From: Toensbergia leucococca
Taxonomy: Eukaryota
Length of the DNA: 64,000 nucleotides
NCBI GenBank assembly: GCA_022813965.1
Contig: JALDZS010000006.1
Span: forward strand, 124,001-188,000
Reading direction: 5' to 3'
Shown here: piece by piece, positions 37,873-50,348 of the stretch
Layout of the letters: every line of letters begins with the position of its first letter
Position numbering within the stretch: position 1 is the stretch's first letter
Notes under the pieces: generated by a model
Told to the model about the DNA's origin: nothing
Databases searched by the model: none
The model's input: only the letters and a program-made list of their open reading frames with translations
Made by a program: the position numbers and the translations under genes

Positions 37873-39594
37873 TCATCCGCCCAGCTCTTCTAAAATCCCC
37901 TTCATCTCTTGCCTTCTGAACGGGCACCCCAACACCTCGGCCCCCGCCCCGTCCCGCCTCGAAGTGACCATTTGATGATCATGGAATTCCTTCAGCAGCG
38001 TCCGGAAGCCCATCTCGCTGCTACAAATGAACTCTTCCACCACCTTCTGGTATAGCACGCGGTATTCTATCCCAGGCGTTTGGGAGCCACGCTGGCCACT
38101 GGCCTTAGCGGGGCCTCTGGTTTCATCGTCCGAGTCATTGAAGTTGTCCCCATTATCGGAGTGGGGGGGTTCCTCTTCATTCTCGTTGTCCATACTAGCT
38201 AGCACCTCGGCAACAAGCACGCGGTACAAATTGCGCGCGTTCTCGGGCAGGCTTCGTAGGACGAAGCCGACGCCCTCCTTGCCCTTGACGCTCCGTCCGC
38301 TGCGGCCTAGGAGCTCATTGACTTCGTCGACGACGTTGCTGATTTCGGTGCCCGCGTAGGGGCGGAAGGTTGTGGTGTCGTGGAAAAGCCAGTTGTATTG
38401 TTCGCGGAGGGCGGCGTCCCAGAGCAGGGGGAAGGAGGGCGTGTCGCAGGTTGCGAGGAGGTGGATGTGGGGGGAGGTGGAGAAGATGGCGAGGAGGGAG
38501 GGGAAGGGGGCGCGGCGGAGGGGGGCTGCATCAAGGGAGTTTATTAGGAGAATTAGGGGGGCTGGGGGGGGGTTGGCATGTAGGTGGGTTAGGAGAGTGG
38601 AGAAAATTTCTTGGGGTTGGGAACCGAGGTTTTTGGGGAGGGAGGAAGGGGCACAGTTGTAGATTGCTGTGGCGAGGGTGGAAAGAATTTGGCGGGCTGT
38701 GAGGGTGGGGATGGTGCCATTTATTATTATTATTTTTGGCGAGGCCGGGTCTGATTTGTGTATGTAATGGGCGAAATCTGTAACAAGCTGTCGCTTGGAG
38801 CCGTAGCCGAAGAGGCAGATGCTGAAAGATTGCGTGAGCTCGAAGCGCCATTGCGGGAAGGAGCGGGCGTGGAGACTGTGTAGGTACGCGACGGAGGATG
38901 CGTGGGGGTCTTTGTATGTGCTTGTTTCTAGGTGGTACTGGGCGTGGGTTAGGGATGAAAGGGAGGAGAGTGTGTTGGCTGAGCTCTTCTTGCTCGACTG
39001 GTTTTGGAAAAAGTAGAGTTCGTGAGGGGGGAGGTCTAAGGGTGGTGTCGGAGACTTTTTTCGTCGAACGCCTTTGCGGTGCCCTGAGGCCTTTGAAGGC
39101 GTTGTGGGAGCTATCAGCTCGGCTACTTCGTCTTCTGAGGCTTGAAGGTTGTCTTCGTCCGCGTCCCATATTTTCCTAGCTAAGGTATCTTCTTCTTCTT
39201 CAGCGTCGTTCTCATCATTGGGCTGATTGACAGTGGCCCGCTCGATGAGAGTCCTCGCACTTCTCCGACGAGCAGACCGATCTGCATTGCGGACAATTGG
39301 AGCAGCATTATCTGTACCATTGATTGCTTGGGGTTTTATAGGTGTATTTTTGTTTGGTGTCGAAGTGCATTGATCCAATTGTGTCCCGTCGCCATTCGAG
39401 AGCAGTCTTGCTTTTTTCGTACTACCTGGAGGCCGTCCACGAGGGCGCTTTGTGGGCGTCTCCGGTTCGACGGCAGGAAAGTGGTCTTCATGTTCAGTGG
39501 ATTGAGCTGGGGGGTTTGGCCGAGCTTTCTTCGGTGTTGGTGTAGGTTCATTCTCTTTCTCCTCCCCATTGCCTCGCTTTCGTTTGGATTTCAT
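37873..39594 (-). CDS. ORC2: Origin recognition complex subunit 2
   Basis: FPQWRFELTQSFSICLFGYGSKR, WLFHDTTT, SLPENARNLYR, FICSSEMGFRTLLKEFHDHQ; single exon of 573 aa. Confidence 0.95.
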   Translation of the reverse strand: MKSKRKRGNGEEKENEPTPTPKKARPNPPAQSTEHEDHFPAVEPETPTKRPRGRPPGSTKKARLLSNGDGTQLDQCTSTPNKNTPIKPQAINGTDNAAPIVRNADRSARRRSARTLIERATVNQPNDENDAEEEEDTLARKIWDADEDNLQASEDEVAELIAPTTPSKASGHRKGVRRKKSPTPPLDLPPHELYFFQNQSSKKSSANTLSSLSSLTHAQYHLETSTYKDPHASSVAYLHSLHARSFPQWRFELTQSFSICLFGYGSKRQLVTDFAHYIHKSDPASPKIIIINGTIPTLTARQILSTLATAIYNCAPSSLPKNLGSQPQEIFSTLLTHLHANPPPAPLILLINSLDAAPLRRAPFPSLLAIFSTSPHIHLLATCDTPSFPLLWDAALREQYNWLFHDTTTFRPYAGTEISNVVDEVNELLGRSGRSVKGKEGVGFVLRSLPENARNLYRVLVAEVLASMDNENEEEPPHSDNGDNFNDSDDETRGPAKASGQRGSQTPGIEYRVLYQKVVEEFICSSEMGFRTLLKEFHDHQMVTSRRDGAGAEVLGCPFRRQEMKGILEELGG

Positions 39595-40000
39595 CGTATC
39601 GTATTCATAGTCTGCAGGGCTTTCCGTGCCTCAAGGTACCTTAATCTATCATCATGACCGATCACTTCCTTCCGCTGTGTTTTATATTCACCGCGAACCG
39701 CCCTTCAACAATTCGCACTTCTCGGATCTTCGATAACCCGTTCCGGCCAATTAAATGACAACTCCGGACACCGGCTTTAATTAATCATTCGAACCATTCT
39801 CCAGCTTCGTGCATCACCACCCCCGCGATATCTTCAACTTGTTGCGTTTTCCTTTCCCTTCATATTCGAAGTTGTGACTGAGGTAGATCTGTGTTATCCA
39901 TGGATCACCTCATCACACTTTTGCCTCTGGAGCTGCATCCATACATCTGACAACGCCGCTGACCGTGGGGTCTTCTTTGGAACCTTCACCTCTGCCTTAG

Positions 40001-42859
40001 ATGGCTGCTTCGACTGAGCAACTTTGGAAGTAAGTCGTCCTCGTCTTTACTTGACTTTCGCTGCATGAAAGCTCACAGCACATAGATTTGCCCAGCGTGT
40101 GGAGAAAGAAATTCACGCGGTTCTCATTGAAAAGGATCCTTCGCTCCCAAATATTGAACACCTTATTTCGAAGTACCTCATGGCTATGTTCTGATTAGAG
40201 TCTTCCTGACTGTTATCAGATTTCGCTTAAAATGTCAGGATATCATACTGCAAGACTTCGAATATGCACTGAGCAACACTGTGGAGGCGAGACTTTGGGA
40301 AACCCATGTCAAAACCAACAACCGCTTTCGCAAGTCATTCAGTTCCGTGAGCCTTGGCAATCTCCAAAAGCTTCTCATTGTTGTGGAGCTGACACGACTC
40401 ATTATAGTTTCGAGAGGCGGAAGGTAGGAAAAAGCCGGTTGAACAACGCAAGGCTACGAAAGTCTACTTGGACTTCATCAAATCGAGCCAGCGATTCTAT
40501 CGGGGCTATATCCAGCGCCTAGCATCTCATTTCGGTGGTATTCATGAACTGGAAGCTGTTGCCCATAAATTCAGCTTGGATGGTAAATTTTCGGGGCTCT
40601 GACTCATGCGTCATAGGTTGTACTGACACTGCTCAGCTCTTCCAATCGGTAAAAATGTACAGCTGCCCGCACAGCTGCGGCATGAGATTCTTCTCTCGTG
40701 CCATCAAACATTGGTTCGACTTGGGGATTTATCAAGATATCGTGAAACTGAAATAGTCACTAAAGAACGTAACTGGGGTCCAGCCATAGGATATTATGAT
40801 CTAGCTGGAGCTATTTACCCTGCATCGGGGGCTTCCCATAATCAGCTGGCCGTAATAGCGCTATCAGACGGTAAAATAGATGGCAATCATCTACGTGCTA
40901 CCTACCACCTCTATCGTGCCTTGGCTGCCGAGGAACCTCACCCTAGTGCCGGCGCGAATCTCGAACTTGAGTTCAAGAAAATTGAGACTGCAAAAGAAAA
41001 GGGGGAACTAATTACCAACTCTCTACAACGGGAAATCCAGGGGCCTGGGAAAGCTCTTCTAGGTTGGTTTGTGCTTCTTCATGCACGATGCTATAAAGGA
41101 ATTGACTTCGCTGGACACGATGAACTTGAAAATGAAGTACTCACCCAGCTCACGGTTGACTTGAAAGAGCGATCGCTGGAAGGGTCACTCAATAGATTTG
41201 TTCTCATCAACATCGCTGCAGAGTATTATGCTGCTGTACGGCTTAGAAGTGGGTTGATGGAATTTCGTTAGTAAGAGCTCGTACGCTGATTAATTGATCA
41301 GACGACCCGGAATCCAAAGAGAGCTTGCAGGCTTACTTCTTTTTCCAACGTTTGAATGTGAAGACCTTTTTCACCCTTCTTCAAGTCCTTCAGCCCGAGC
41401 TTGAGCGTTCCATCGGCGAGGAGGAAGAAGTGAATAGTGGGACAGCCCCAACAAGGGGATCTGAGAAAACGACCGCGGTAGCTCGTCGTGTGCTGCCGGG
41501 TCTTCGCCAATATAGCTCATGGCTAGTCTCGAATGCTCCCATCCTAATTGCTCAAGTTGGGGATACCTCACTCAGCGTCCAGGTCAAAGAGTTGTGGAAG
41601 ACTTATGCGAACACATTGACTCTTCTGGCGTTGACTTTCCCAGCCCACACTCTACCTTCTGTGGATTATCTTCTTGAAGAAGATGAAGACACCCTCGGCT
41701 TCAAGCCCTTCGAAAATCAACAAACCAAAAGAAGATATTTTCACGAAGAGACAGACGATCGAAAACCAAAATGGCATGATCAAGGGGTGGAGAGGTATCA
41801 CCCGAACGCTGAAATGGTCGGTCGGGTCCGAGACTTTCTGACAGATGGTTTGGAATTGGCATTGGATGAGGTATGTCTGGAAGCTTTCTCTTTTCATTGC
41901 CTAATGATTGACCCAAGGTCGAACAGACTATTCCGATCGACTTCATAGAGGGTACAAATACATTCACCTATCGTGAAGAAGGGATGCCTTCAGAACTTTT
42001 TGCAAGTCCGGAAGGTCATCAAGCAACACTATCTTCTATTAGTATCGATCGTGAAGACATCTCACAGGCAAATGGATCCGGTGCTCCAGACATGATTCCC
42101 GTACCCGATGAAAGAGATTCCCAAGCCGCGTCCGCCGCCGTCTCTATGACCACAGATATGAACCGCATGGTAGACAATCTAGTCAGTTCCGAAGCTACAG
42201 ACGATAGCGAAATAGAAGATGCTTTTGCGAATGCGTCCGCGTATCGTATACCACCCACGCCCCCAGAGCGTTCCTTTGATGACTCCCCATCTCAAGAGGC
42301 AGGCAACGAGACCAGCTACGGCCTCATTGGTACTTTGACCGCCCAGGACCTAGTCCGAGACCTCCACGCGTATTCACCACAGCAACAGACGCCTCGTCCT
42401 GTCCTACCCAGCATCTACAATTCGCCCTTTGCGCCTCAGGCCGGTGAAGAAATATCTCGACCAAGTACAGCGAAGCGCACACCTCATCATTCCCAACGCT
42501 CATCTCAGAACGCCATTTTCTTCCAGCAACAACCGAATCACCAAAGTATCCCCTCCACCATCAGCAGCATGCAAGATCTAAGCAGCATGGCCTTTCCACC
42601 TAATCCATGGGAACAATATGACTACGCCGTCCCCAGCAATGGCCAGCCTTTGGGTAAAGGACATTTCGGTCCAGGCGCCACCCACGCCACCAGCAGATTA
42701 GCTTCTGCACTTTACGGTGACAGAAATGGCACTGCGTATGATGAGAGTAATTTTAAAAGCTCGAATATCTTTGAAGGGAGTGACTGGCCTGGTAGCGCCT
42801 TCAGCGGTCGCGAGGCGCTGGATGTGCAGACGCCGCCCAACGGCCAAGGTGGCGGGTGA
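40001..42859 (+). CDS. Est1/SMG7-like (Est1 DNA/RNA-binding TPR domain) protein, multi-exon
   Basis: Spliced frames give YLDFIKSSQRFYRGYIQRLAS, LVRLGDLSRYRE, AIGYYDLA..IYPASGASHNQLAVIA, YLLEEDEDTLGFKP. Confidence 0.87.
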
Positions 42860-43176
42860 GAGGCCAGCTTTCACGTCGTTCTCGCTGAGGACGCACTCGT
42901 ACCCAGCAGTCTAAATTACTCATCTTCTCGATCTCGCCAGTCACATATACCCAGCATGCACGAGGGATTCAACTCCACAAGGCTCATTCATCATCTAAGC
43001 TATTCATATATGCTACATCCATCCGATTAGATCGTGGAGGATCAATCGTCTCATTTGCGCATATCTGTCGTCTACACGCTGCTGCCTCCATCCCGATGAT
43101 GCAAATATCCCCGCAAGCGCTTTTTCAAAGTTGTTGAAACCCAACATGACGCCTTTGCTATGCTGTGCTTGGACTA

Positions 43177-44771
43177 TCAAGAAGTGGCGCCGGTGGGGTA
43201 GTAGGTTTGCTTGGGGGACGGGAATCTTTAAGGGTCGGATGTAGTCAGTTTTTTTGCGTTGTGCAGGGCATTGTGGACTGGGGAGAATGGGTTTAAATTG
43301 TCGATTAGGGGGGTGACAGATGGAGGAGAGAATAGAGAATGTGGTCAGATTGCTTTTCTGCGCCGTGACCGGGATGCGTGTGTGTTGGCTGGGGATTCTT
43401 TTTGGAGGGTTTCGAAGAATAAAATGCACTTTTTGCTAGGGGAAATGAAAAGGGAAACTTACTGGGGACCTAGTTCCTTGATACTGAGGCTTGCGAGCCA
43501 GTGGCCCATATCGACGCATTCGTCCAGGGACTTACCCTCGACGATGCCGGCGACGAAGCCACCTGCGAAGGCGTCCCTAGCATGAGCTTGTCAGCAGAGT
43601 CCTACTCTCCGCTCCACGACTATAACATTCTGCAGACAGTAACAAAACTCACCCAGCACCGGTAGTATCGCAAATCTCCTCCTTTCCGACCTCCCGTACC
43701 GCAAACTCCCTCACCTTCTCCTCCCCCTGCACCGCCACCACCGTCTTCTCCGTCCCCTGCGTCACAATGACCGTCCTCTTCCTCTTCCCATTCACCTTGT
43801 CCAACCCGGCCATATGTGTCGCAATTTCTGCCACATCCTTGGTCTCCAGCCCATGGCCCTCGGCCCAAGCCCTCGCCTCCGCTTCGTTGCCGACAACATA
43901 GTCCCAATACCCCTGCGTCCGATCCAGCTGCTCTTTGAAAAACATCGGTATGAAGGGCGCCGACAAACTCATCATGAACACCTTATTCTCCCTCGCCGCC
44001 TCCTCCGCCAGCGCCATGACCGCGTCGACGCAGACGGTCAGATGATAGCCGCCCACGAAATACACCGTTGCGTTTTGGACCAAAGGCCATACTTCGGGGG
44101 ATTTTAGATGCGAGATTTTGTAGTCGTTTGCGGCGGCGAGGTGGGTGCACATGCTTCTGTTGTGGCCGGTTATTATCACGCCGCAGGTGCCGGTGGGCGA
44201 GGTGGTGGAGGTGAGGTATTCGGCTCGGAGGCCGGCGGCGGTGCAGGATTCGCGGAGGATGATGGCATATTTGTCTTCGCCGACGGAGCCGAGGAAGAGG
44301 GTTGAGTTTGGGGGAAGGAGGTACTGTTTTAATTGGGAAAAGGGGGGGTTAGTGGTTCAGCCTGTGGTGGGGCGACATTGGAGGGGGATTGGGAAATCCC
44401 TACTTGGGCCGCTCGAGCAGTGTTTTGGGCGGCACCGCCAGCGATTAGTTTTGCGTCGCGATTTTGGAGGAGGTCTTCGTAGAGGGGCATGTGTTTTTCT
44501 TCGGCGAGGATGGCGTCGTTGGCTTTGAGGCCGTATTTAGTGAGGAGGGCTTCATCTCTGTAGGTTGAGGGGTGATGGAGGTTAGTTTTGATAGGATTGG
44601 ATGTGGTGAGAGGGTGGTAATTGAGGTGGGGATGGCGAGATTACCCTTGGGCTTGGATGTCTGGATGATGCAGAGGGTTAGTTGGTTCAATGGTGGTTGT
44701 GGGGGGGGAGAAATGGTACCTAGGAGGGGGTTCTCGAGGCAGAGGAGGGCGTATTCTTGGGAGGGAGCCAT
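43177..44771 (-). CDS. ADO1: Adenosine kinase (PfkB family), about 6 exons including a 16-nt microexon at 44645-44660
   Basis: LENPLL|DIQAQG|D, AGGAAQNTARAAQ, SLSAPFIP, GNEAEA, DTTGAG|DAFAGGF, last exon FPSPKQTY. Confidence 0.93.
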
Positions 44772-45775
44772 GAATTCAGGAGGGGATTACGGCGGGTGTG
44801 ACTGTTGTGATTGCTATTTAGTTTTGTGCTAGAGCGAGGTCCAATGTGGTACTCTTGTAATTTTATCTTTTATCTTTTATCCATCAGTGTGCGGAGGTGG
44901 GGCAAGTCTACTCCGGTGTCGCGACCCCGTATTTCCTACGAATCCACCCCTGGCAATCTGAAAAATCAGGCACTCACAACAAACCGGCCATGCAGACGCC
45001 GGTTTGGCAACCCATATGACTGAACTCACATTTCCCCGGTGCCGAATCACCGCGTTAGTGACTGTTCTCCTTAACCTACAACTTTTATGAATGACTCGCC
45101 ACCTCCGGGCAAGGTAGGTTGCGGGAGAATAGTCTGAAGCTCAAAGCTACCATCACCTTGAAAGACCTGCTGTTGCTGACTACTTGACCCCTGGGCTTTC
45201 CTGCAGCTGATATTTGGGAATTGGCGGACGCAGGGGACGCGAGAGGTTGTTGTTTAGGATGGAGGATTCTTCTTGAGAAGAATGATGGTTTCGACATGAC
45301 TCCTGATCATAGCAGATTTGTTTCTTGATGGGTGGAAGGTGTGGAGTGAAGCTGAAATCCGATGGAGAGACAGAGTACAGAGTTTACTGAGGAAGTGATT
45401 TTATTAAAGCATCTTGTCCATTTCTTTCACTCTCCTTGTGTTCACGTATGGCAATATCTTTTACGTATCAATCCTTTTGGTGCAGATTCACGCTACTTCT
45501 TCATCATTGAGGACCGCAGTAGATCTTGATATGCGAATGCATATATAAACCCTCAAACACCCTCGAGTTTCCGAGGCATATATCTACGAGTACAAATTAC
45601 AAGTCCAACACAGCACTTAACAAGTAATACGAGACATCCAAGACAACTTTTCAAACCAAGAACATCCATTCGGGCAATCGATACACCAACCTCCAAGCAA
45701 ACCATTACCATTTCCGCCCACCATCTACTCCTTTCCAAATCAATCAACACCGTCCGTTAAGCCAACGCACAGCTC

Positions 45776-46315
45776 GTTCCTGCCACCCGAAAATTCTCCA
45801 CCATGATACCCTCGGTCCACGAAAAGCACAAATATGTCTGCGGCTGTCCCTTTGATAAGGATGAAGAAGACTGGCACGACGAATTTTCCGTGGGCAAATG
45901 TCCCAAATGTTTCCAATCTAGGATAGCCAAAGCATTCGCAAAAGCAGACGCGGAAATCGCCCGCAGAGAAGCAGAACGTGAGCAAAAGGTGTTGACCGAA
46001 GCAAATGTGGAAGACAACCTGCATCCATGCGAAGTGGCTCATGATTCTGTTCCCGCCACCCGAAAACTCTCTACCATGACATCCTGGATCCATAAAAAGC
46101 ACAAATATGCTTGCGGCTGCCCTTTTGATAAGGATGCAAAAGACTGGCGAGACGACTTTTCCTCACACATATGTATCAAATGTACCCTAACTGGCTGGGA
46201 AGCAGAAATCAAGAAAAAAGATGCAGAATGGAAGGAAGTAGAACGTCAACAGAATGTGTCAACCGAAGCAAAGGTGGAAGACAACCTGCATCCATGCGAG
46301 AGAGCTCATGATTCC
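45776..46315. repeat. ~273 bp tandem duplication that includes the pre-ATG leader
   Basis: gttcc.gccacccgaaaa.tctc.accATGa at 45776 and 46049; both units end gaagacaacctgcatccatgcga..gctcatgattc. Confidence 0.93.
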
Positions 46316-46444
46316 ACGCATCAGACTAGTGGAATACAAAAGTTGGTAGATGGAGGAAAGAAGTGGAACACCCAGCGCAATTTACCTGACGAGCATCATC
46401 ATCCAGGGGTTTTGAAAGACCAACGAGTCTATTCACCGCCATAG
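45803..46444 (+). CDS. Hypothetical protein (213 aa) made of two CGC...CxxC plus charged-helix units
   Basis: accATG context; TATA-like atatataaa at ~45541; KHKYxCGCPFDKD...CxKC repeated twice. Confidence 0.65.
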   Translation: MIPSVHEKHKYVCGCPFDKDEEDWHDEFSVGKCPKCFQSRIAKAFAKADAEIARREAEREQKVLTEANVEDNLHPCEVAHDSVPATRKLSTMTSWIHKKHKYACGCPFDKDAKDWRDDFSSHICIKCTLTGWEAEIKKKDAEWKEVERQQNVSTEAKVEDNLHPCERAHDSTHQTSGIQKLVDGGKKWNTQRNLPDEHHHPGVLKDQRVYSPP

Positions 46445-46700
46445 ACGATCTCAACGACTGCATTTCCGAGTAGAAGAAAGTTTAGACATCTGGGGATGGA
46501 GATCGTGTCCAGAAAAGCAGCGAGGCGACAAAGGGCAAAATTTGGAGTCCGCGATATTCTGGAATATGAGGGTTGTATTTGTAGTGCTGCATGCTTGTTT
46601 GAGAACTGTTCATAGTATCTGTTGACCTTCATAGCGATTGCATTAATTGGGTATATCTGCCTCCGAACCTCAAGCAATGACCAGAGAAAATGAAATGATC

Positions 46701-48092
46701 TCAAGAAGCTCTTATTCTTGCCGGCCCCAGCCCCTTGCGAACCTCATCAAGCTGTTCTAATCCACTCTGATAACCTCCCTTTTTCACTCTCTTCTTGCTC
46801 TTGCCTGTCGTAGAATACCCGCCCAAGAAATCGTCCATGATGCTGTCAAAGCCCGAGGTCAACAATGGTGCTTGGCTCGAAGCTACAGAAGTTCCGGTAG
46901 TGACAGACGCCATTCCATCATCGTAATCATTCATCTCATCCTCGGCATAATCCTCTTCGATTTTGTCAAAGCGAGCGTCCAGCAAAGTCAAGCCTTCCGT
47001 GCGAGCCAAGGAAGAGCTTGTCATAGAATAGCCGGTACTAGATGTCATGGCACCCTTTCTCTTTTTTCGGCGACCCCCCGTCATTGATGTGCCTGTAACT
47101 ATGGATGATTGGAGCTCAGGATCTGAGACCTGTGGCTTCTCATTCTTCGATTTCTCGGCTCTCTTGAATTTGCTAAATTCTTTCATCCAATCCCCATCGC
47201 CATGATCAGGGCCGTCGCCCATTAAGATGTCGTCTCCGCTTGGTGCTTGCAGCATCTTCTTCTTTTTATACTCATTACCTGGTTTGGCCGTATCATCAGT
47301 CTCCCAGCCTTCCTCTCCACTGTCTTCTTCATCCTCCATGAAGCCTAATTCCTCGAATTCTGCCAGGCTGACTTCCTCCCTATCGTTGGCTAATTCTCCA
47401 AAAATGTCTTCCTCGTCGTCCACATAAGCGTCGTCCTCCAATGCCTCCAACACCTCTCGTAACCTAGGGTCCATGTCTGGTTGGAATCCGGCCAATGCAT
47501 CTGGGACATCCTGCTGGTCCTGATATGTGGTCCTCCTCAGATTCTTCGAAGGCAATATATCGTCATCCAATAGCTGACGTCCTTTGGTCTCCTCCGCGCC
47601 GTCTCGGTTCTCCGTATCCGCCAAAGAAGCTTCCCTCAAGGCATCCTCTAATCTCACCTTCCCCTTTCCTTTAGCTTCTTCCTTTTTAATAGCAGCCTCC
47701 ACAAAATAGCTCTGACCACCGCCATTCCCGTCATTCAAATCGCGTATGTGCTGCATGTAATCGTACTCGGTATCATCAAAGTATACGCCATGCTCTGCAG
47801 CCTCTCCCTCATTTTCCCTCACCATAGGGACTTTTATCACCCCATCTGATTCGATGAATAGTTCTGACTCAAGATCAGTGCGATTTTTGAACTTGCGGGC
47901 TTGAGTAGGGGCAAGCTCCTGAAAGACCATGGAGCTAGAGGAGCCATTGTGAATTCTGGGATCGTTTTGGGGACGGTGAACTAAGGCGAAGGTCGTAGCA
48001 GTGGCCTTGTCGCTATATTAGAGGATTATTCAGTTTGGTGCTTTTGGTCGTCAAGAATGGAGTACTACTTACATCCATTTCTTTCGAGGCAT
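46701..48092 (-). CDS. LTV1: Low temperature viability protein LTV1 (40S biogenesis); exons 48092-48073, 48012-46701
   Basis: MPRKKWIDKATATTFALVHRPQNDP, GVYFDDTEYDYMQH, GFQPDMDPRLREVLEALED, SMTSSSLARTEGL.LLDARF. Confidence 0.95.
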
Positions 48093-48998
48093 CTTTATTT
48101 CGCGAGAAAAGGCGCTTAGATATTTGTGAGGATATTTAAATCGTTCCTGATAAATTATCAAGGCCTTGAAACGCTGAAAATTCGACAACACTTTGACATA
48201 GATTTTGGTCTGTGGTGTTCTTCGCAGTTAGGTACCTCGCTCGCCTCGGTACCTACGGATAGCATATGTGGCGCACCAAAAATAACCACCAAAATGGCTG
48301 CAACGATAAATTACGTCCCTAGCGCAACCAAGGCTGTTTCGGAGATGAATTACTCAAGGACTGGGTAAAGGGTAGAGGAGAGACGATATGCACGTCTAGC
48401 AGAGCAGCAGAAAATATAGTGTTCAGGGCAGAGATGATTTTTCGTAGAGACAACATGGCCGCCAAAGGGAGAGGCCTATTGTGATGGACTCGGACCTATC
48501 TTGGCTTTGATGAAAGAAGGTGAGATATCGACAAGACATGGTGCTAATTTACAAAAGTTTCCGTCAAGGACAAGACATATGGTCAAGCCACTTTGGAAGC
48601 GGTCCAGTGCATCACATTTGTCAGGACGAGCTGCAAAGTAGTCACTTATTTCACCTTGCAAGGAGATCAGAAGCAGGCTCATGTACATTCTCGACGCCTT
48701 GCTGGGTTGACCTAAACCTTGCCTTTGATCTAGGGAACCAATCCATCGTCGTTCGCCTGAATGGTCAGGAATACAGAGATTGCAAGAGCAGTCAGAGGAG
48801 GAAATGTCGAGAGTGACGACATGTTGGTGAAGGCTCATGCTGCTAATGAGACGGTGGCCTTCTTTCGCAACCTGCTCCACCTCTTCTATAGGAGGCTTCA
48901 CCTGTTTGCCAAAACCCATCGGTTCCACCATCTTTCTTGGAGTCAGCAAGTACTTCAGCGCCTGTATGTCTCTTGGCTTTTCACTTGTTGCATGGAGG

Positions 48999-49616
48999 TC
49001 AGGGTTCAGCAATGCCCGGCGGCCTCACGTAGCAGATCTCCCACCCACCACTCTCCCCAAGCATACTGTAAAAGCCTGGCGCCAAGCCATCCACAGGGGC
49101 CTTCATCCATCCCACATCATTTTGCGTACAGCCCTCAATCTCATCCTCATCCTCGTCTTCTTCAAAGGTCCAATTGGCAGAGATGATATTCACATACCCG
49201 ATAGGTGCAAGATCTGCGTCCGGCGGTTGCGGGGCGTATTTTATAACGGACTCTAGCGACTCTTTGTCAACATGAACGCAGTAATTGTAGCGTGGCGCAA
49301 GGCGTTCTTTCCGGCCAGCCGCAGTGTTAGTTACAATCCAATGGCGGAAGTGTTGACGGACTTGGTCTTTGCTAGCTCCATCAAGAAAAGCGCGATCCTC
49401 TTCAACCCTCCAGTCAAGGGTTTTCATGAGCTCAGGCGTTTCGTAGAAATCCAACGACGCGCGCACCCGTTCATTTATGACTTTCATAAAATAGTTCCAT
49501 AAGTTGTCATTGCCGTAGGTACAGCGGTAGATAACAAAGCCCCAATTGCGTTGGCCATCTTCCTGGAGCTGATGCTTAAGTACCTCGCCTTCGTTATGTC
49601 GGTTATAGTCGCCCAT
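48999..49616 (-). CDS. Conserved fungal hypothetical protein (WGFVIYRCTY family)
   Basis: WGFVIYRCTYG.D..W, LDGASKDQVRQHFRHW and PRYNYCVHVD.ESLES match a widespread uncharacterised fungal family (recognised from memory). Confidence 0.75.
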   Translation of the reverse strand: MGDYNRHNEGEVLKHQLQEDGQRNWGFVIYRCTYGNDNLWNYFMKVINERVRASLDFYETPELMKTLDWRVEEDRAFLDGASKDQVRQHFRHWIVTNTAAGRKERLAPRYNYCVHVDKESLESVIKYAPQPPDADLAPIGYVNIISANWTFEEDEDEDEIEGCTQNDVGWMKAPVDGLAPGFYSMLGESGGWEICYVRPPGIAEP

Positions 49617-50348
49617 GTTGAGAAACCTATGGCCAGAGAAGAAGGTTTCAGTCCTGGCGTATGGCTTTAGTGCAGGCCAATAGCGTGTGGGCCTCAGATG
49701 AGAAGAGGCTACGTCGACTTCAAAGATCTGGTGCGAAAGTAGGGAGCCACCACTCTGAAGTTGTAAAGGCTGTACATAGAGTAAAAGCGATCACAGAGGA
49801 GAAAGAAAAAGAGGTCCTTTCATATCTGGAAACCGAGGAGATCTTCAGGCAGAGGAGACCTGGAAGGTGAGGAGGCCCTTAAGCAATGAACGCCCTTGAG
49901 TAATGGAGACGGGAGAAATAACATTGAGTAGCATGGTACGGAGTACTTCAGAGTGTTGTGTGTTGTGATGCAATTTACGGAGAAATAAATTACCGGGCCG
50001 AACCTCTAGAACGAGATTTTTGTTGCCACAGCACAGCCACCGGCCAAAGCCGGCAATTATCCAAAAACATCTTAGTTCTGAGTCTGAGCCGACTGAGACA
50101 AATATTACCTTCTTCCCGGCCCAACACTTTCCATCACAAATGACTCAAGCTATCTGATTTTTGCTACAACTCCCAATTGTGCTTCAAGGGGACTTTGTGG
50201 GGCCTGCTCCTCCTTCCTGCAGAGTCTGGCAGAGCTCCTTAAGTTGTGAGACCATGTCGAGCCGATGCAATCATCCATGCAGCCGAACAGTAGACACGAG
50301 CTATGTATCCTTTATCAAGGCAGCTCGTCGCTCCTCCCGGTTTACTGT

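Noticed and set aside
38027..39657. Many overlapping Gly/Arg- or Pro-rich ORFs
   Set aside because: Artefacts of strong G/C skew within ORC2.
43226..43462. Long last intron of adenosine kinase as a snoRNA host
   Set aside because: No convincing C/D or H/ACA box arrangement seen.
45085..45297. 70-aa minus-strand ORF divergent from the duplicated Cys gene
   Set aside because: No motif or splice evidence; cannot be told apart from chance.
48476..49012. 178-aa minus-strand ORF overlapping the end of the hypothetical gene
   Set aside because: No recognisable domain; could be another relic but is unsupported.
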